Positions 1 to 14,897 are shown, counted from the first letter of the whole stretch. The stretch is DNA of 62,028 bases, filler included, from Basidiobolus meristosporus CBS 931.73 (GCA_002104905.1; 4 parts of 4 records of this genome joined end to end with filler, not necessarily neighbours in it), one strand, 5' to 3'. Program-made: numbers and translations. The notes: generated by a model from the sequence alone, not told the origin.

Positions 1-186
1 AAGCACCGGCTAAGAAGCTGTTGACAACTAGCGTTCCCAAACCGCCCGAAACTTTATCGTTCCAAACAACCGAAAAATCAGGAATAAACCAGTTGATCTA
101 GGTGTCGCCTCAACCATATATAAATTCCTCACCAGCTTGATCCTTCCCCAAAACTGTGCTTGGTTAATTAGGCCTTCTTGAAGGCA

Positions 187-1061
187 ATGAGTAGCAATGA
201 ACATGTCTCCATCAATTCTAGCCTCGAGCTTGTCACCACTGTCTTTTCGCTCCCCTTCATTTGTTAGTGACGCCTATGTTACCTACAAGATGGTAAGAAA
301 GGACACCCGCACCATTTACAAGCTTAATGCATTGCAAGTGACCTTGCTCTTGATAACAGCTTGACTCTACTTTCTGGTCCATGCCCTGAGCGGCGAACCT
401 GCTTTATGTGTTTACAATCTACAATATCCTGTCATTTCTTTCCGTAGGGGTCATTTCTCGATGGCCTTCATTTAAAGCGTATCTGTGCATGCGCGCCCCT
501 CGGCTTCTGTTGTATTTCTTTGTCGCAATCCAGATTGTGCGGGCGGCCTCCATAGTTCAATTCTTCATTGAGCCAGGAATCCAAGGCAATCTCTTGGGCG
601 GCTGTCTCTGGGACAACCCTACAGTATGGGTCATTACATTGCTTGGATCCGAAGCGCTTGGCTTTATTTTCTTCACCACCATCACCGTGTATTTCATGAG
701 CCATCAACTTCGTCAAAAGGGATCCAAGATATACAACATCTTCATCAACGATGGGCTGATCTTCTCGGTGACCATTTCCGCCGTATACATCGTGGCTACA
801 ATCCTTCAAAGTCTGGCCATCATCCAATCAAGTATAAACCTTTATCTGGTGTGGATTGCATGTTCAAAGTTCGCCACCCTGCAGACCCACCATTCCTTCA
901 AGTGGAATCACCGAGAAACCTCGGATTTCAACAGCACCATCGTCATCTCGTCCCCACTGGACACGGACGAGACTAAACTCACAAGCAAGGACTATGGCAT
1001 CCACATGGGTCCAGCCGAAGCAGTAGGAGTAGCAATGACTCGGCCAAAGCTGACTTTGTGA
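187..1061 (+). CDS. Multi-pass membrane protein, possibly fungal GPCR-like; 5' boundary approximate, apparent frameshifts upstream of 408
   Basis: ORF 408-1061 has several hydrophobic helices and a polar tail. Hydrophobic coding-like segments from ATG 187 lie in shifted frames. Confidence 0.5.
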
Positions 1062-2703
1062 TCTTGGAGTTGGATAAAGTCCGGCTAACACCGACCAAAT
1101 AAACCCCTCTAACCCCTCTGTATCAATCAGACGTCTTTGCTACACTTTTCTAGGCATTCTCCACTAATTTCGGTTTTCTTAAGCTTGGTCTCACTGTACC
1201 ATCTCTCATGGCCATTAGTGTACAACTTTAATAACCTGCTTGTATTTATAATAATAAATAGATGGTCGATAAACTGAGGTAGGATCTGGTTATGCATTCA
1301 CACGTACACATATCGATACTCGCCATTTCGCATTGACGAGATTTGATACATGAAGGAACCAATCACCACGTCAAGCGAGCAGAGTTTTGCTCGTTAACGT
1401 AATGATAATCATGTGCCGATGGTTTCACATAGGAAATATGGGAGCGTGGAGTATTTGGAGAATCTTCTCAGCGGATATAAGCTTATACTCGTCCAAAGAG
1501 TGGAATCTCAACGTTAAAATACCATCTTGACATTACATTATAAGTACGCCATCATGGAAGACAAGATCTATGATGCATCGAATGGGCTACGATTGGTCGC
1601 GGTGCTTGATGGAAGCACACCACTCCCAACGTTTCCCTAGTGAACTGATCTGCTGAATCGTGATCCGGAAAACACCGCTGGCTCACTAAGAGATGTGTTC
1701 TGGTTTATTTTGCTCCCATGGTTCCAATGATCATGCGAAACGATGTGATATTTCGGTATTCCCAGTCACCTAATGAATAGCACAGGTATGTAACATTCCA
1801 GCGGTTGCATTCATACCACTCAATGTTTCATAATTCGCCCCAAATCCTATTATGCTTAAAACCTGGCCAATTATGGGGTTTCGAATAGTAATTCCCAGTC
1901 TAGTGATCAGCCCGAGCCTTTCTATTAATGACCGACTCAATCATGATCATCATATTCGATAATGAAACATCCACCTTGCTCGTCTATATTCGGACAGTGT
2001 AGGATTCGGTAACGGGAACCAAGTTCAACATCGAGAACCCTTGTAATCACCGATCGGACCAGTGTACCGTATGTCCAAATCTAGATAAGAAAACCCATGC
2101 AAGGTCCATACCATAAATACTAGCACCCAAGCTGCGCAGGGAAACCCCGTTCTAACACCAATTGAAGCGATTTGGGTGATGATTCACTTGGTCATGTTTT
2201 TACATGACTAGATTCAATCATGATGGAAGCGGGCGCACTCTAAATACCGCCCCTCTGTGATAAACTTGTATTTTGAGGGATTGGCGGGTTAGTAATTTCA
2301 GATCAACTTGATGCGGAACGCGGTTAAGGGACACTTGCACACCTGAGGATGCGCAGAGTTTGGATTTTGCAACTCAAGGTCACATGTCATAAATGTTAGC
2401 TGAAGCGTCGTAACATTATCGGGGTGATTGGTCCCGCGTTGGACACAGTGCAATTGGGAGCTTTGGCCTACCAATAATTCGGGTTCAAGACTCGGATTTG
2501 ACAGGGACAATTAGGAAACTGCAATCTCTTTGGTACAGGTTTATTACTAAAAAGACTCTATTCACGAAATAGATCAACCGATTTAACAGAAAAGTACTCT
2601 AGTCAAGTATGAACAAGAAAGATGGGTAAACACGAGAGAAAGCTTGCAACTATTAGACATAAAGGATGGCTGGGAAATTATTACAGACTAGGGTGGTGGT
2701 GGT

Positions 2704-3454
2704 TCATTTTGAGCTTTGGTTTTGCTTGTTGTTTGGCTCTGTATCTTTGTCTTTTTCTAATTCAGCAATTTCGGCCGCGGTCAGAAACCTTCCACCTGGT
2801 CCTCTGGGACGTCTCATTGCATGTCGATGACGTGATTCGTGAAGATATGGCTGTTTCAAGCAGATTAGTAGATGCTCCATGTCCTATCTCACTGCTAACC
2901 ATGGGTACCTTTCGGTTTCTTTGGATTCGGTGTTGCTCCTCCAGTCTGGCCCGAGCTGCCCTTCGCTTTAGAATACGATGATATTGCTTGGCATTGACAT
3001 ACAACGGTTCATCATCACCAGCAGTCACTACATCGCTAGGTAATGGGACCCGATAGATGTTATTTGACATGGCTGCGGGGTTGGGTGCTGCTGTTGGTAG
3101 CATCTAAAGTGTTTGTTAGTTGCGAGTCCAAAGCTTAAATATCGATAGGCTGTTGTTGGCGTACCACGTTGTTGTATGCACCCGAGTAATTTAGCTGTCG
3201 GGGACTGTAGTGTTGAGCTTGTGGGCCGGGATTACCCTTCTGCATCTCATTCTGGACAACTTGGTTAGACCACCGCCCAGTAAATATTGTTAAAAGGGCT
3301 AAAGCAATATACGTACAGAGACCAGCAATGAGTCGGCGACTTGGGGCAAACCAGTAGAGGCGCCATTGTGATGCATGGCTAGTCCATAGGTTGAAAAATC
3401 TTGAGTGTAAGGGTTGTGCAAAAGATGAGGTTGGGAGTGGTGTTCTTCCATCAT
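2704..3454 (-). CDS. HAP2: CCAAT-binding complex subunit HAP2/NF-YA (spliced)
   Basis: [24 protein letters not shown] followed, across GT-AG intron 2851-2908, by [24 protein letters not shown]. Stop at 2704-2706. Confidence 0.95.
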
Positions 3455-4469
3455 TTTGATTTCGGTGATAGGCACGGTCAATTAAAGAGAGGTTTCGGTG
3501 CGAGTGTGAAAGCAACTTCAAGGCGACGTATCAGAGTTTCTCGTCAAACGCAGTCAATAATTCACTGATTAATAAGCAAGGAGATTTGCGGTAGCGAAAC
3601 CAAAGCAAATTCAAGATTAGCAGTGGATAAAAAACTGAGGAATTGTAATCGAACCACTGACAGGAACTTACCACTATTTAGCTATTTTGGTAGCCACTGT
3701 CTCCGAGTTGCTTGCTGTATAACGAAAAATAAGTATTGATTTGGTCTGAATCAACACCAGTTAAATTGAACAATATTATTAAAGTTAATAGATATCTGAT
3801 GGTGTTTGGAGAAAACGGGAAGGGATTGGATTTGGGGATTTTATCGAATTGTGCCTTATATAAATATGATGTTATGGGATTAATTCCATGGTAGATTAAT
3901 TGGGAAATAATTGGCTTTATGTATTACTTCTATATATAAGCACTCTGAATCAGTATATTTCAATTGAACCTGGTCGTTTCAGTGGTTCCTATTATTCAGT
4001 CAGTGATTACTGTTCAAGGATGAGGATGTGATACCAAGTAATGCGACATAGTTTACATTCTAGAACAAATACGCCACGCCATCACTATCATGATTATATT
4101 GAATCGACTGATTGTCACTTACTATATGCTGCCCGGAAACGTCATGATGCTGATCACGGTAACTAGTGTTCTGTCCAGAAAAGGAAACTCTTTCGATTGA
4201 GAATAGTGCGGTGAAATACGATATTACTCTGTTGTCGAACAGATGATTTAATGATTTCCTAAACATACTCTAAGGATTCCCTACATCTGCATGAGCCAAG
4301 ATAATAGAAAAACTGCTCTGCATAAACTTGCAATTCGATACAAACTATATCCTGTTTGCATCATGTCAAAAATTTCGTCGACAGAGGTTTAGGGGAAAAT
4401 GCTTAGATTTATTCAGTCTTTGGTTTAGACTACCAGCATGCATTTAATCAATCAAAGGTTTTGGGTGAT

Positions 4470-5208
4470 TTAAGCAAGAAGGGCATCCTTCTTGGCTTGA
4501 ATGCGCTCAGCACGGCGATCACGGGCGGCCTTAGCCTTGAGGCGATGAGCCTCAGCTTGATCAGCGATGAGCTTAGCTCTGAGCTTCTCAGCCTTAGCCT
4601 TGTGAATGAACTCCATCAACACACGCTTGTTCTTGAAAACATTACCCTTGGACTTCATGTAGAGAGAGTGGTACAAGTGCTTGTCGATCTTGCCGGATTC
4701 ACGGTACTTTCTCAACATACGACGCAAGACACGTTGGCGACGCATCCAGAGGACCTGGGTAGGCATACGGGCTTCGGCAGTACCTCTGCGCTTACCGGTA
4801 CCAGTGTGACGACCCTTACGCTTAGCAGCAAGCTTCTCGCGGACTCTGAAGCGAGAGTGAACAACTTGGGGCTTCTTAATGATGAGACCATCCTTAATGA
4901 GCTTTCTGATGTTTTGGCCTTTGAGAATAAGGAGTTCAACGGTTAATGGATAAAGCACTCAGATTGCGGGGTGGGAAAGTCGAGCTCTTACGGGAGTTGG
5001 CATTGCCGATTTCGTTGACCTCGTTAGGATCAATCCAAACTTTTCTTTTACCGCACTTGAGTACGCTGGCGGCCAAACGTTTCTGACTGCTCAAAGAAAC
5101 CCTAAGTTGCCAAACAGATGGATGGGTGAGTCGGATGGGTTGGATGATGTGAAGGTGGATATTTGGCTGCAACTGGCTGTCGCTTTCTTCCTTGAAAAAT
5201 ACTTACAT
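4470..5208 (-). CDS. RPL19: 60S ribosomal protein L19 (eL19), two introns
   Basis: [22 protein letters not shown]...[20 protein letters not shown]...[13 protein letters not shown]. The ATG is split by a phase-2 intron starting at 5206. Confidence 0.97.
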
Positions 5209-6219
5209 TGTAATAAGAGCAACCTGTCAGGTTAGAAGGAAGAGAAAGAAATTGTATGTGATGAGGTCGTTTTTAATCATCGATATTGCTCCCTTGGGAG
5301 GTCCAATCAAATCCGATCAAGCCCTCATTTTGATTATATTTTTCTCAATTATTGGCAATGTCACTTAATCTATGTATCCTTTCTTTCCCGGCGATAACCG
5401 TAATCACCGATCACTTTCGGCTGCGGCCGAATCGACAAGTATGTCATGGTTCCTACACGGAGGGAAGTTGAGGTACACAAAAACTCGGTGAGCAGCGAAA
5501 AGGGAAATGGTGGATTCGAGCAATGAAGGCAGTAGAGAAAACCACCTGTGCTTAGCCCTAACCTGACGACAATATTCAAGACAATGTTATGTCTGGGGCC
5601 GGGAATGGCAATAATTATATTTGGAAACCAACACCATGCAGGAAAGAGGAATTCGCCATGTTCTGACCAATGGTCCAATTAATCTCCCTGCTACTGCGGA
5701 GTAAGCAAAGACAGTCCAGTTTGGTACAAAAAGTAGGATTGTCAAGCATGGATCGAACAAGTCACTGAGGGCACTCGGAAATCTTATTTCCCTTTTTAAT
5801 TAAGAATTTACCGGACTCGGAGAAGGAAATTCATATTATTAATACCAATGCATAGAAGCTGCCTAAAATTCCAGTCAAGTCCACCGGGTATGACTAATTA
5901 ATCCATTCGAGCTGGCTCCTAAAACTGCTCAAAACACTGGTGATTCTGTCCTCAAGTACACCAGGCCATCTATTGGCTCAACAAATTCCACATGACATTA
6001 TCCAATCAACCTTGAGGCGTGGTTAACTATATCTGAATCTGGCCGATTTACAACGTTCCTCTTGAATCTCTACTCACTGAACATCTCAACTGATAAGCTC
6101 AAATCATAAGGTTCTATTCTCCTCTAGGCCTAGTGTTGTTCTATTTCACTCGTAACGAGTTTTTCTTTCTTCTACTTCACACACTATCTAGAATATTGTC
6201 CCAACCTCGATCAGCAGCT

Positions 6220-7669
6220 ATGAATGATACTCTAGCTTATCAGTTTCAATTCATACAAAATGAGCCCAATACTCCGACAATTCTTGAGTCCTCCATTGCT
6301 CACAACCAGTTGGACAACATTGAGGATTATTTGAAACGAAAGAATGACACCGAGTTCCAAAAGACTCCCGCTAAACACAATCGTATGTAATGCATATACG
6401 CTAAGCTTTGGCCTTGATTTTTAACTCTGATCGTAGATCAAGAAGAGAAACACAGCAAGGGAGCTGACTCCCCTGAAGGTAGTTCACTCGTTTGCCACTT
6501 GAAGTAGTAAAGCTTTGCTGAACCTCTACCCTAGACAAATCGAAACCTGCCCCTAAGAAGCCTGGACGCAAACCTATAACCACAATGCCAGTAGATGTAA
6601 TTTTCTCCCTTTTTTTCTCTTTTTCCGCTCCAGGCTGAACCATTTCCCCAACAAACAGAAAAGAAAAGCACAGAACCGTGCGGCTCAGCGAGCGTTCAGA
6701 GAGCGCAAGGATAACTACTTAAAGGAGTTGGAGACTAGAGTGAAAGAGCTGGAAGAGAGCAACGACAAAAACTCCGAGGAGAACGCGAAGCTTAGAAAGA
6801 TCCTGGAGGAGGTGAAGGCCGAGAACGTACTGCTCAAAGGCAACTTTACATTTCAGCCACCAAACAATGCGCTGGACGGCGCACCTACTTTGGTTGACTT
6901 GCTTAAAAATGCAGACAACTCTCAATCGGCGTCACCAATATTCAGCCCCGCCACATTCCCTTGGACACCCACATCCAATTCAGGCGAAATCAACTTCATC
7001 CACAATTCACAGTCGCCAGAAAACCTGGGATTAAGTTCGAGTGATGATCGTTCCCCCTTCAACGAAGCATCCCCTCATATATTGCAGATAGCCACCCCCA
7101 AAACCAACTCCATCTTAAATCCAAACCAACAGCCCGCCATGTTCCAACAGCCTATTCATGAGTCGAGTTTCTTTGCTCCTATCGGGGAGATCGTCGATGA
7201 TCCATTGATTTCAGTTCCTCAGGAATTCGCCTCTCCACAAATATATGACACCACTGGAGAGCCAAACCTGAACCTGCCCTTTAGCTTTTCTGATTACAGA
7301 GATCCTTCAGCTGGCGTATATGACGAGAATATTGCTGGGGACTTATCTGCGTTGCCTGTCTTTTATGAAGAGGGTTGGAATGATGAATTCAATGAGCAAC
7401 TGAGTGAGCAGCTGTTTAGTCCAGTTCAAACATCATCCGATGTTGCGAATGTGGCGGACTCTCCAGTGCTGCCGGCCCCCGAAGTACCCGGGGTGAGTCC
7501 GGATGACTCTGAGATCCATATAAGCTTAGAGGATTGCAAGGTCCTAGAGCACGCCAGCTTGCCGCTTGACTTCGACATCAGCCTGCTGTGTGATGCGTTA
7601 CGAAAGAAAGCTACTTGCGGTGGTCGTGTTCCTTGCCCCGAGAAGGCTGATCCGCTAGCACAATTGTAA
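6220..7669 (+). CDS. YAP1: AP-1-like bZIP transcription factor, Yap1/Pap1 type (spliced)
   Basis: KKPGRKP...KRKAQNRAAQRAFRERK basic region and leucine zipper. C-terminal cysteine-rich domain EDCKV...FDISLLCDALRKKATCG. Confidence 0.85.
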
Positions 7670-8207
7670 AATTCTAGAATATGGCCTAAAGGGAAAATAC
7701 CATGCTGAGCACAGCGTACGGGCTCCCCAATCTATTGTTAGACGTCGTGGAGCCTAGTAATTGCGTAATATATCCTAGCTTAATAATAATCATTTAACCA
7801 ACCCACCCGTTATTTTATTGACTGGAGGTAGTCCCACGCAAGTTCCCCCCCACAACTGGACTATCTCCTTGTTTGCATGGGGTATTGGCTTGACTAGGTA
7901 TGATCCTCTCGCTACTTCATCATAGTATTGTTGTCTCTTGAGTCAAGATGCGTGCCTTCAGCGGCATGCCATGGTAGTTTAGTACAGAATATGTTGTTTC
8001 TTTCAACCCCAATCGATAAACTCGCTTTTCCTTCTTTTATTTGGTTCATATTCCGGGATCGGATGGGTTGTACGGATGTGGGTGTAGGTGAGTGTGAGCG
8101 TGCGAGATGTCATGTGTGCAAATCAATCACAGCCCCTGTGGTCAAACGACCAGCAAACATCAGGTTTCCTTTCCGAGAGCATCGTTGCTGCCAAACACAA
8201 CGCATGA

Positions 8208-9623
8208 CTACACGGCTGTCGCGGCGTCCCGTTGCTTCTTGAGGATGTTGGTGATGTAGAATTCGCCGGCTTTGTATGACGAACGAACCAGAGGGCCGCT
8301 AGCAACATATTTGAATCCGAGCTCTTCACCGATCTTGGCCCAGTGGTCGAATTTCTCTGGAGGGATGTACTCCGTCACCTTCATGTGCCTCTTGGTGGGA
8401 CGCATGTATTGGCCAAGAGTTAGGCAGTCTACGTCAACATTGCGAAGATCTTCGCGGGGGGGGGTGGGGTGGAATTGTATCAATACGTGGTTCCTGGTGT
8501 GGGTCGAGGATGAATGGAAGTACCTTTCATGGTTTGAAGAACCTCATCGTCCGTCTCTCCGAGCCCCAACATCACCGAGGTCTTGGTAAACAGGGAGGGG
8601 ACGGTTTTCTTGGCATGCTCCAGAACCGCAAGGGATTGTCTGTACTTGGCACGACGGTCGCGAACGTAGGGTGTGAGCCCTTCCACCGTTTCCAGGTTGT
8701 GTGCGTAGACATCCAGGCCCGAGTTGGCCACGATGCCAACGTGTTCCAGGTTCCCCTGGAAATCGCCAGTCAAGCATTCGACCAGCACGTGGGACGCTTT
8801 CTCCTTGATCTTGCGTATGGTGCTGGCGAAATGTTCCGCTCCGCCGTCCGGAAGGTCGTCACGGTCAACCGACGTCAGCACGACGTAGTCGAGTCCCCAT
8901 CTCTTGATCGCCTCCGCGGTGTTCTCCGGCTCTTTCGAGTCCAGAGGTTTTGGCTTGCGGTTGGTTTTGACGGAGCAGAAGCGACAACCGCGGGTGCACT
9001 CGTCACCCATTAGCTAGATTTTCGGGGGGGGTGTGTTAGGGGTGGGTTTTGGGGAGAGGTCAGAGAGGAGACGTACCATAATGGTGGCAGTGGCAGTTTG
9101 GTGTTCGCCACCGCCCCAACAGTCCCCGACGTTCGGGCACCTGGCCTCCTCGCAGACGGTGTGCAGCTTCAGATCCCTCAGGTTTCTTTTGATCTTCGCG
9201 AAGTTCACTCCGACCGGGATTTCGGTCTTGAGCCACGGGGGTAGCCTCTGCTTGCTTGGTTTCCGAATGGTCGCTTCTGGTTAATTCTCTTGAAAATGGG
9301 GGTGGAGGATGGAAGAAAAACCTACGGTTTCCTGGCGCCTGAAGGCAGCCCCGGTTCCTTCAGTTCGAACGCCTCTTCCGGGAGAGTTTCGTGGAGTCGC
9401 CAAGGAACTCTTCCAGGGAGGGGCCCTCGGTCAGCTTCTTGGTGAAGCCGGTGAGCGAAGGGGCTTGCTTGACGGTGGTAAGCGTGCGAAATTGATTCTA
9501 GGGTTGGTTCAAATGGTATCAGTAACGCACAATTGGCTAGCAGATTCTTAGGGGGACGATGTCAATTACCCCGAGTGAACGGGTCAGAATCGAGGTGGTC
9601 GGTGTGCTCAGGAAGCGAGACAT
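8208..9623 (-). CDS. LIP5: Mitochondrial lipoyl synthase (radical SAM), spliced
   Basis: [12 protein letters not shown] auxiliary-cluster motif, CTRGCRFC radical-SAM motif, GQYMRPT and VRSSYKA. N-terminus resembles a mitochondrial presequence ([18 protein letters not shown]). Confidence 0.96.
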
Positions 9624-10519
9624 AACGCTATTTAAAAAGAGAAGCTTGGTGAGGTTCAGAGATTTCGACCGAAATATATCATCCACACCCGATATCTCCC
9701 CGAAGCTAGACACCGATCGAAATGTGGTGGAGGAAATTTTCGGTGTCCAAGCTAGGCACTTCTTTCGAACCTCACTCCATCCCCCATGCCATTTCCGAAC
9801 CTCGCTACCAAAAGTTTACCCGATGATCAGAGTAACCAAACTGAATCCATCTCAGCCACTGGTTTCCGTCACTTGCCATCCTCTCTGGTTTATGCTGCTG
9901 TGCTACTATGTTGACCACCCCCGATGCCCGTTGCTCAACGTATATGGGCTCGATTTGGCCATTTTGGATCCCTTATCTTTACCATTCGGAATGATGACAA
10001 ATTTTCATCCTATCTCTCCCCCCTCTCGCCGCTTCGAATAGCTCTAGACCGTCTCATGGTGATTGTAGGGCCAATGAGTCGTCTACGTCCTGTAGAGCAT
10101 TTACGTCCATTTACCGAGTCTCCACTCTACAGCATAGCGAAGATAGCCTCCAGTGCTCAAGGAACCCCCACAGATTGCTGAAGACTGTGATCAGCAACAG
10201 TGCTGCGATGATTGGGTGACTGCTTGTGATTTTCACATGCCGCTGACTGCTAACAAATGCGAGCATCCGCTAATCCGGAATGCCGTCGACGGCTGGGATT
10301 CTCACATGGATTTATTCATAAAATGCCTCATTAGATGTAAATAGGTACAAGGTGAAGATGGGGTTGGGTTGACTGAGCTGGTGGACAGCAGACCACCGTC
10401 TCGATGAAGTATACGTAAGAAGCGAGTATTAAACTACCAAAATGTAACTGCAACGGAGACCGGAAAGTGGAACAAACGTTGCCAAGATAAAGTATTTTAA
10501 ATAGCCCCCCAAAAGTCGG

Positions 10520-12227
10520 TCACGATCTCGAGGCCGCCGGCCGCCTGGAGCCATCTGCGGTGGACTCCTGCGGTGCGGCCCCGGCGGGCACGTTCACCCG
10601 ACAACTGGACGCCGCATTCAGGCTAGGTACAATCGGCCTCGCTGGATATTGGTGGACAGAGTCCTCAGGTATGCCGCCACCAAAATACCTGCCATTCCCT
10701 CCATCATAGGCTGGGTTGGTTCCAAAATTAAATCCGTACATATACCCATGTGCTCCCGGCACTGGATTGGCCTCGCCCGCCACTGGTCGCGGCGGTGGTG
10801 GCTGGTGTTGATGTGGTTGATGACCGTTATGCAAAGTGTACATTCCTCCATTCTGAGCGCCCTCTAGTCGTCGCTGCAGAGTGTTGGCCTTGTTTTTGAG
10901 CCGCTGGTTTTTGCGCTCTAGGCGCTTGATAAAGTCCACCGCCTTGAAGAGTATTGTGGACTTGCTGTTGTTCATGTCTCGAAGGGATGGCACGATCTCC
11001 GTCAGATCACGGAACCCGGACCGAATCATATTGCGTCGCTTTTGCTCCGAGGCGATGTGGTTGGCCCTCTTCTCCTCCTCCGTTAGTAGTTCTTTGTTGC
11101 CCTTGCGTGAGCGGTCTGACTTCGGGGTGTCCTCCTTCGGTTGGTCCATGGCGCTTGGCGTGGGTGACTGCGAGTTCTGCCCGGTCTCCTGGTTCGAGTC
11201 GTTGTTCATGCTCGAGCGCGACTCGGGGCCAGCTTCCCTGATGGGCTTGCTAGTCTCGTGCTCTTTCTTCATGGAATACTTGCGTGGCTTGATGTCGCTG
11301 CCTTTCCGTTTGGCCGGGATGATGGGGCTGATCTGATTGGCGATATCCGTGTTGATATGCAATGGTAAGGCTATGGATGAGCTGCGCTTGATGGGCTTGG
11401 GGGGAGGGGAGTGGATATTCGTCGGCGTGAGGGCTTGGAGCGTGTGGCTATCGACAGGCGAGGGCATTCCGGAATGGTGGTTCATGAATAAACTGGAGGG
11501 TGTGGTGGGGGCAGGAGTCGGTGTACCATGCATGCTAGGTTCTCTAGAATGTTGGTGGAGCATATCGTAGAGCGAAGAGTGTACAGCGGATTTGTGTTGA
11601 GATTTCTCCATGGGAAACGTGTGGGGGTGACTAGTGGAAGGTCCAGGGGTGAAGTAGTGGGCGTTGTCAAGGGTGGGCGGTAGCGGATTCTCCGTGAAGA
11701 GGTTTTCCTCGAAAAAGATGTTGTCTAAGAAGTTGTCAAAAAACCGCTGCTCCGTTTCGTCAAAAAGCTTGGTGTTGGGGTTGGTGGCGGATCTAAGGGA
11801 GGGAGAAGAGGGGAGTGTTGCTAGGTCTTCCTCCGTCAAACCGAGTTGATGTCCAAGCTCTGGTGAGCAAGAATGACGGTTAGACAAGTATTGGGCATTC
11901 CGTGAACAAGGAAATTACCTCGGAGCTCTTGAGCCAAGTGTACGGATATCGAAGGGTCTGGAAGCGTAGCCAAGGGATGTGATGGGATCGGCGGTGGTGA
12001 GATAGAAGGGGAGCGAGTACTCCATGATTCATAGATTCCAACGGCGAAGGAGAGTGCAATTGCGAATGGTGAGGATAAGAATGGTATGCGGGGTGGTAAA
12101 GCCCAACGTTTGCATTCTGTGAGGGAGGTTTGTTGTTGGCATTCAACGGAAGTTTTGAGGGGTTGGCGATGTTCGATGGATAATACCCAGAATTGTTCAT
12201 TGCTATGTTACGATTGGTGTGGTTCAT
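10520..12227 (-). CDS. bHLH(-zip) transcription factor, Ino4/Mlx-like; 5' exon structure uncertain
   Basis: KRANHIASEQKRRNMIRSGFRDLTEIVP...SKSTILFKAVDFIKRLE in ORF 10520-11887. GT-AG intron at about 11862-11920. Confidence 0.85.
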
Positions 12228-13181
12228 TGTTGGAGGATATATAGTAACTTCACAGGGTATTGACAAAGAGCGATAAAATAATGGAGGGGGAAGAATAGAG
12301 AGAATCAGACTCAATCAATCAGTTGAAGCAAGTATCTATCCAACAATCGACAGAGAGGAGGGGTTGTGGCTCTACCGTATGAGTTGAGGGAATTTTGCAG
12401 GTTAACTAACTCTGAAGCCAAGGGTTTGGCTATATGCGAGTGTTGTAAAGGTAGCACTAAGCAGAGTTGATGAAAATGGCGAAGTAAAAATTGAGCACCA
12501 AAAGGACGGGGGTGTGCTTAAGACTTCACCCAACTGTGCCCTGCCATTGGTGCAACAATCACCATTTTTGGATGTCCTATAATGTTCACGTCTCAGACAG
12601 TGGGAAAATGATGTTGGTTAGCTAAATCTTAAAATATGCAAAACAACCCAAATATTAAGTGGATTCTAGGATCCCATTTTCACATGATTTTGGAAAACAA
12701 TTGTTGGTTTAGAGTGTGGAATCGGCCAAGCGTGACATAATGTTTGTGGAATACACAACTGAAGGCGCTTCTATCTAGTTGGCTCACAAGGTTATGGTGC
12801 TTGCGATCAATCTTACAAACTTGAAACCTGATTCGACATGAAAGCCCGATAAAATATTTCTTCAAATGTTACATCAAATAATTGATGTGGGAACAGTTGC
12901 TGTGTGTTTCCAGTGTTTTGTCAATGTTCTCTCCACTGTTTGTTGGCTGGTGGCTGCAGGCACTGGATTGGCCCAACTATTGCACACTTGCCGAGATACC
13001 GAGAGATGCTCAGCCATGTAGGAATGTTTCATATAAGGAAAAGCATTGATTTATTTGAAGCGTGAATGTCCGTTTTATGTCATTCGTTACTTTTACCTAG
13101 GATAGCGAATTAAGCTTAAAGTATACATAAACTGATACTCTTCCCTACTTTGACATAGAACTCTTTCTACAATAAAGTCAC

Positions 13182-14897
13182 ATGCTTTCATTTCCACATG
13201 CTACTTCTTCAATACGAAGGAGACATTTCATAGTGTTTCTGTGTGCTTTGAGCGTAATCATAAGTTATGCAGGTTTGGACAGCAACTAATTAACTTCAGG
13301 AGAGGACATTCTGTTAACTGGTAAATACTTCATTCCAGATCGCTCCAACATTTCCATCGCTATCATACCTATGTCAGAAGAGTATTCATGGTCGTCTACA
13401 ACACAGGGCCTCATACTGTCGGCCTTCTTTTACGGTTATATCTGTACTCAAGTTCTGGGAGGTTTTTTAGCGGATAAATTCGGAGGAAAGAGTGTCCTAG
13501 CTTTAGGTATGTAAAATTTTCAAGTTTTAGTGCTGGGAACACATACTCAATGGAAATCCATGTAAAGGTGCCTTTTTATGGTCCCTTTTCACGCTGGCTA
13601 CACCTTGGGTAGCTCACCACGTGTTCCTTCTATTTGCCTGTCGAATGCTGCTCGGTGCTGGAGAAGGTTTGTTAAGCATCATAGCCTCTTCTCAAAGCAC
13701 ATTCTAAATAGGATTCCTCTTGTTTCAAAGGTCTCGGGTTTCCAGCAATCCACTCTTTAATAGCACAATGGATTCCGCATCATGAGAGCTCTCGCGCAGT
13801 AGCTACCGTCACTGCTGCATCGTATGCTGGGGCAATTCTAGCACTCCTGATATCTGCGCCTATTGCGGCTTCGTCTCTTGGCTGGAAATGGATTTTCTAC
13901 ATTTTCGCAATTATGGGTTTCGGATGGAACATCCCGTGGTACATATTTGGCGCTAGCACCCCAGATCAATGCTCCGAACTCTCATCATTGAGATCCATGT
14001 ACGATGGCAAGAAAGATAACCAGATCCCATCGTACACGCCCCTAGGGGGTGACCTGGAGTCAGTGACCGAGGGAGGAGAGGAGTACCATAGAGACTTGGA
14101 CAGCTCTAAGGCTGTGGGTGAAGAAGAGGTTCTAGTGCAGAACAACCAGCAGCGATTGGATAACAGGATTCCCTGGTGTAAGATCTTGCGAGCAAAAGAA
14201 GTCTGGGCTATATTGATCAACCAGTTTTGTAATTCCTGGGGATTTTACGTGCTTTTGAGTTGGTTGCCTACGTATTACAAGGACGTATTCAATGTAGACT
14301 TGAATGAATTGGGCTATTTCTCAGGTACGTAGTTGGCTCAAGCTCTATCAGATTTCGTTTCTCACTATTGTCCTCAGTTTTGCCGTATATTGTACAAGGA
14401 TTAGTTGGTCTAGCCAGTGGGTTTATTGGTGATTATGCAATTTATAGATTGGGGATACCTGTGGTTACTGTCCGTCGGGTTGCCCAGTGTGTCGGGATGC
14501 TGGGCCCAGGGGTGTTTCTCCTATTAGCGGGCTATACTGCCACTTCAGTTACCATCGGCATGGTTTATATATCCCTCGCATTAGGTTTCAACTCGCTCAC
14601 TTTAATTGGTGTTTCCATTTCGCAGTTGGATATTGCTCCTAGGTTTGCTGGAATCATCTTTGGGATTGGGAACACTGCTGCTACACTTCCTGGTGGGTTA
14701 CTGAGTAGTAAATTTCATTGCTTAGCTATTTCCCTGACAAACCATCATCAGGTATTCTAGGGGTAACAGTGACTGGGCTTTTACTAGAGTCCAAAGAAGC
14801 GTGGCCGCTTGTTTTTGGATTGGCCGCAAGCTTCTATTTTGTTGGGGCCTGGACATGGCTTTTCTGGGGTGGAGGAAGTCAAATTGTTATACCATAG
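13182..14897 (+). CDS. MFS anion:cation symporter (SLC17/PHT4-like), multi-exon
   Basis: DRSNISIAIIPM...QGLILSAFFYGYICTQVLGGFLADKFGGK; WGFYVLLSWLPTYY; DIAPRFAGIIFGIGNTAATLPG. Stop at 14895-14897. Confidence 0.9.

Noticed and set aside
4461-4946. Long antisense ORFs over RPL19, LIP5, the bHLH gene and the RT copies
   Set aside because: Shadow frames of genuine coding sequence.
2704-9623. HAP2, YAP1-like and LIP5 as an iron or redox regulatory cluster
   Set aside because: The bZIP has Yap1 features rather than a clear HapX Hap4-like motif, and RPL19 intervenes. There is no evidence beyond proximity.
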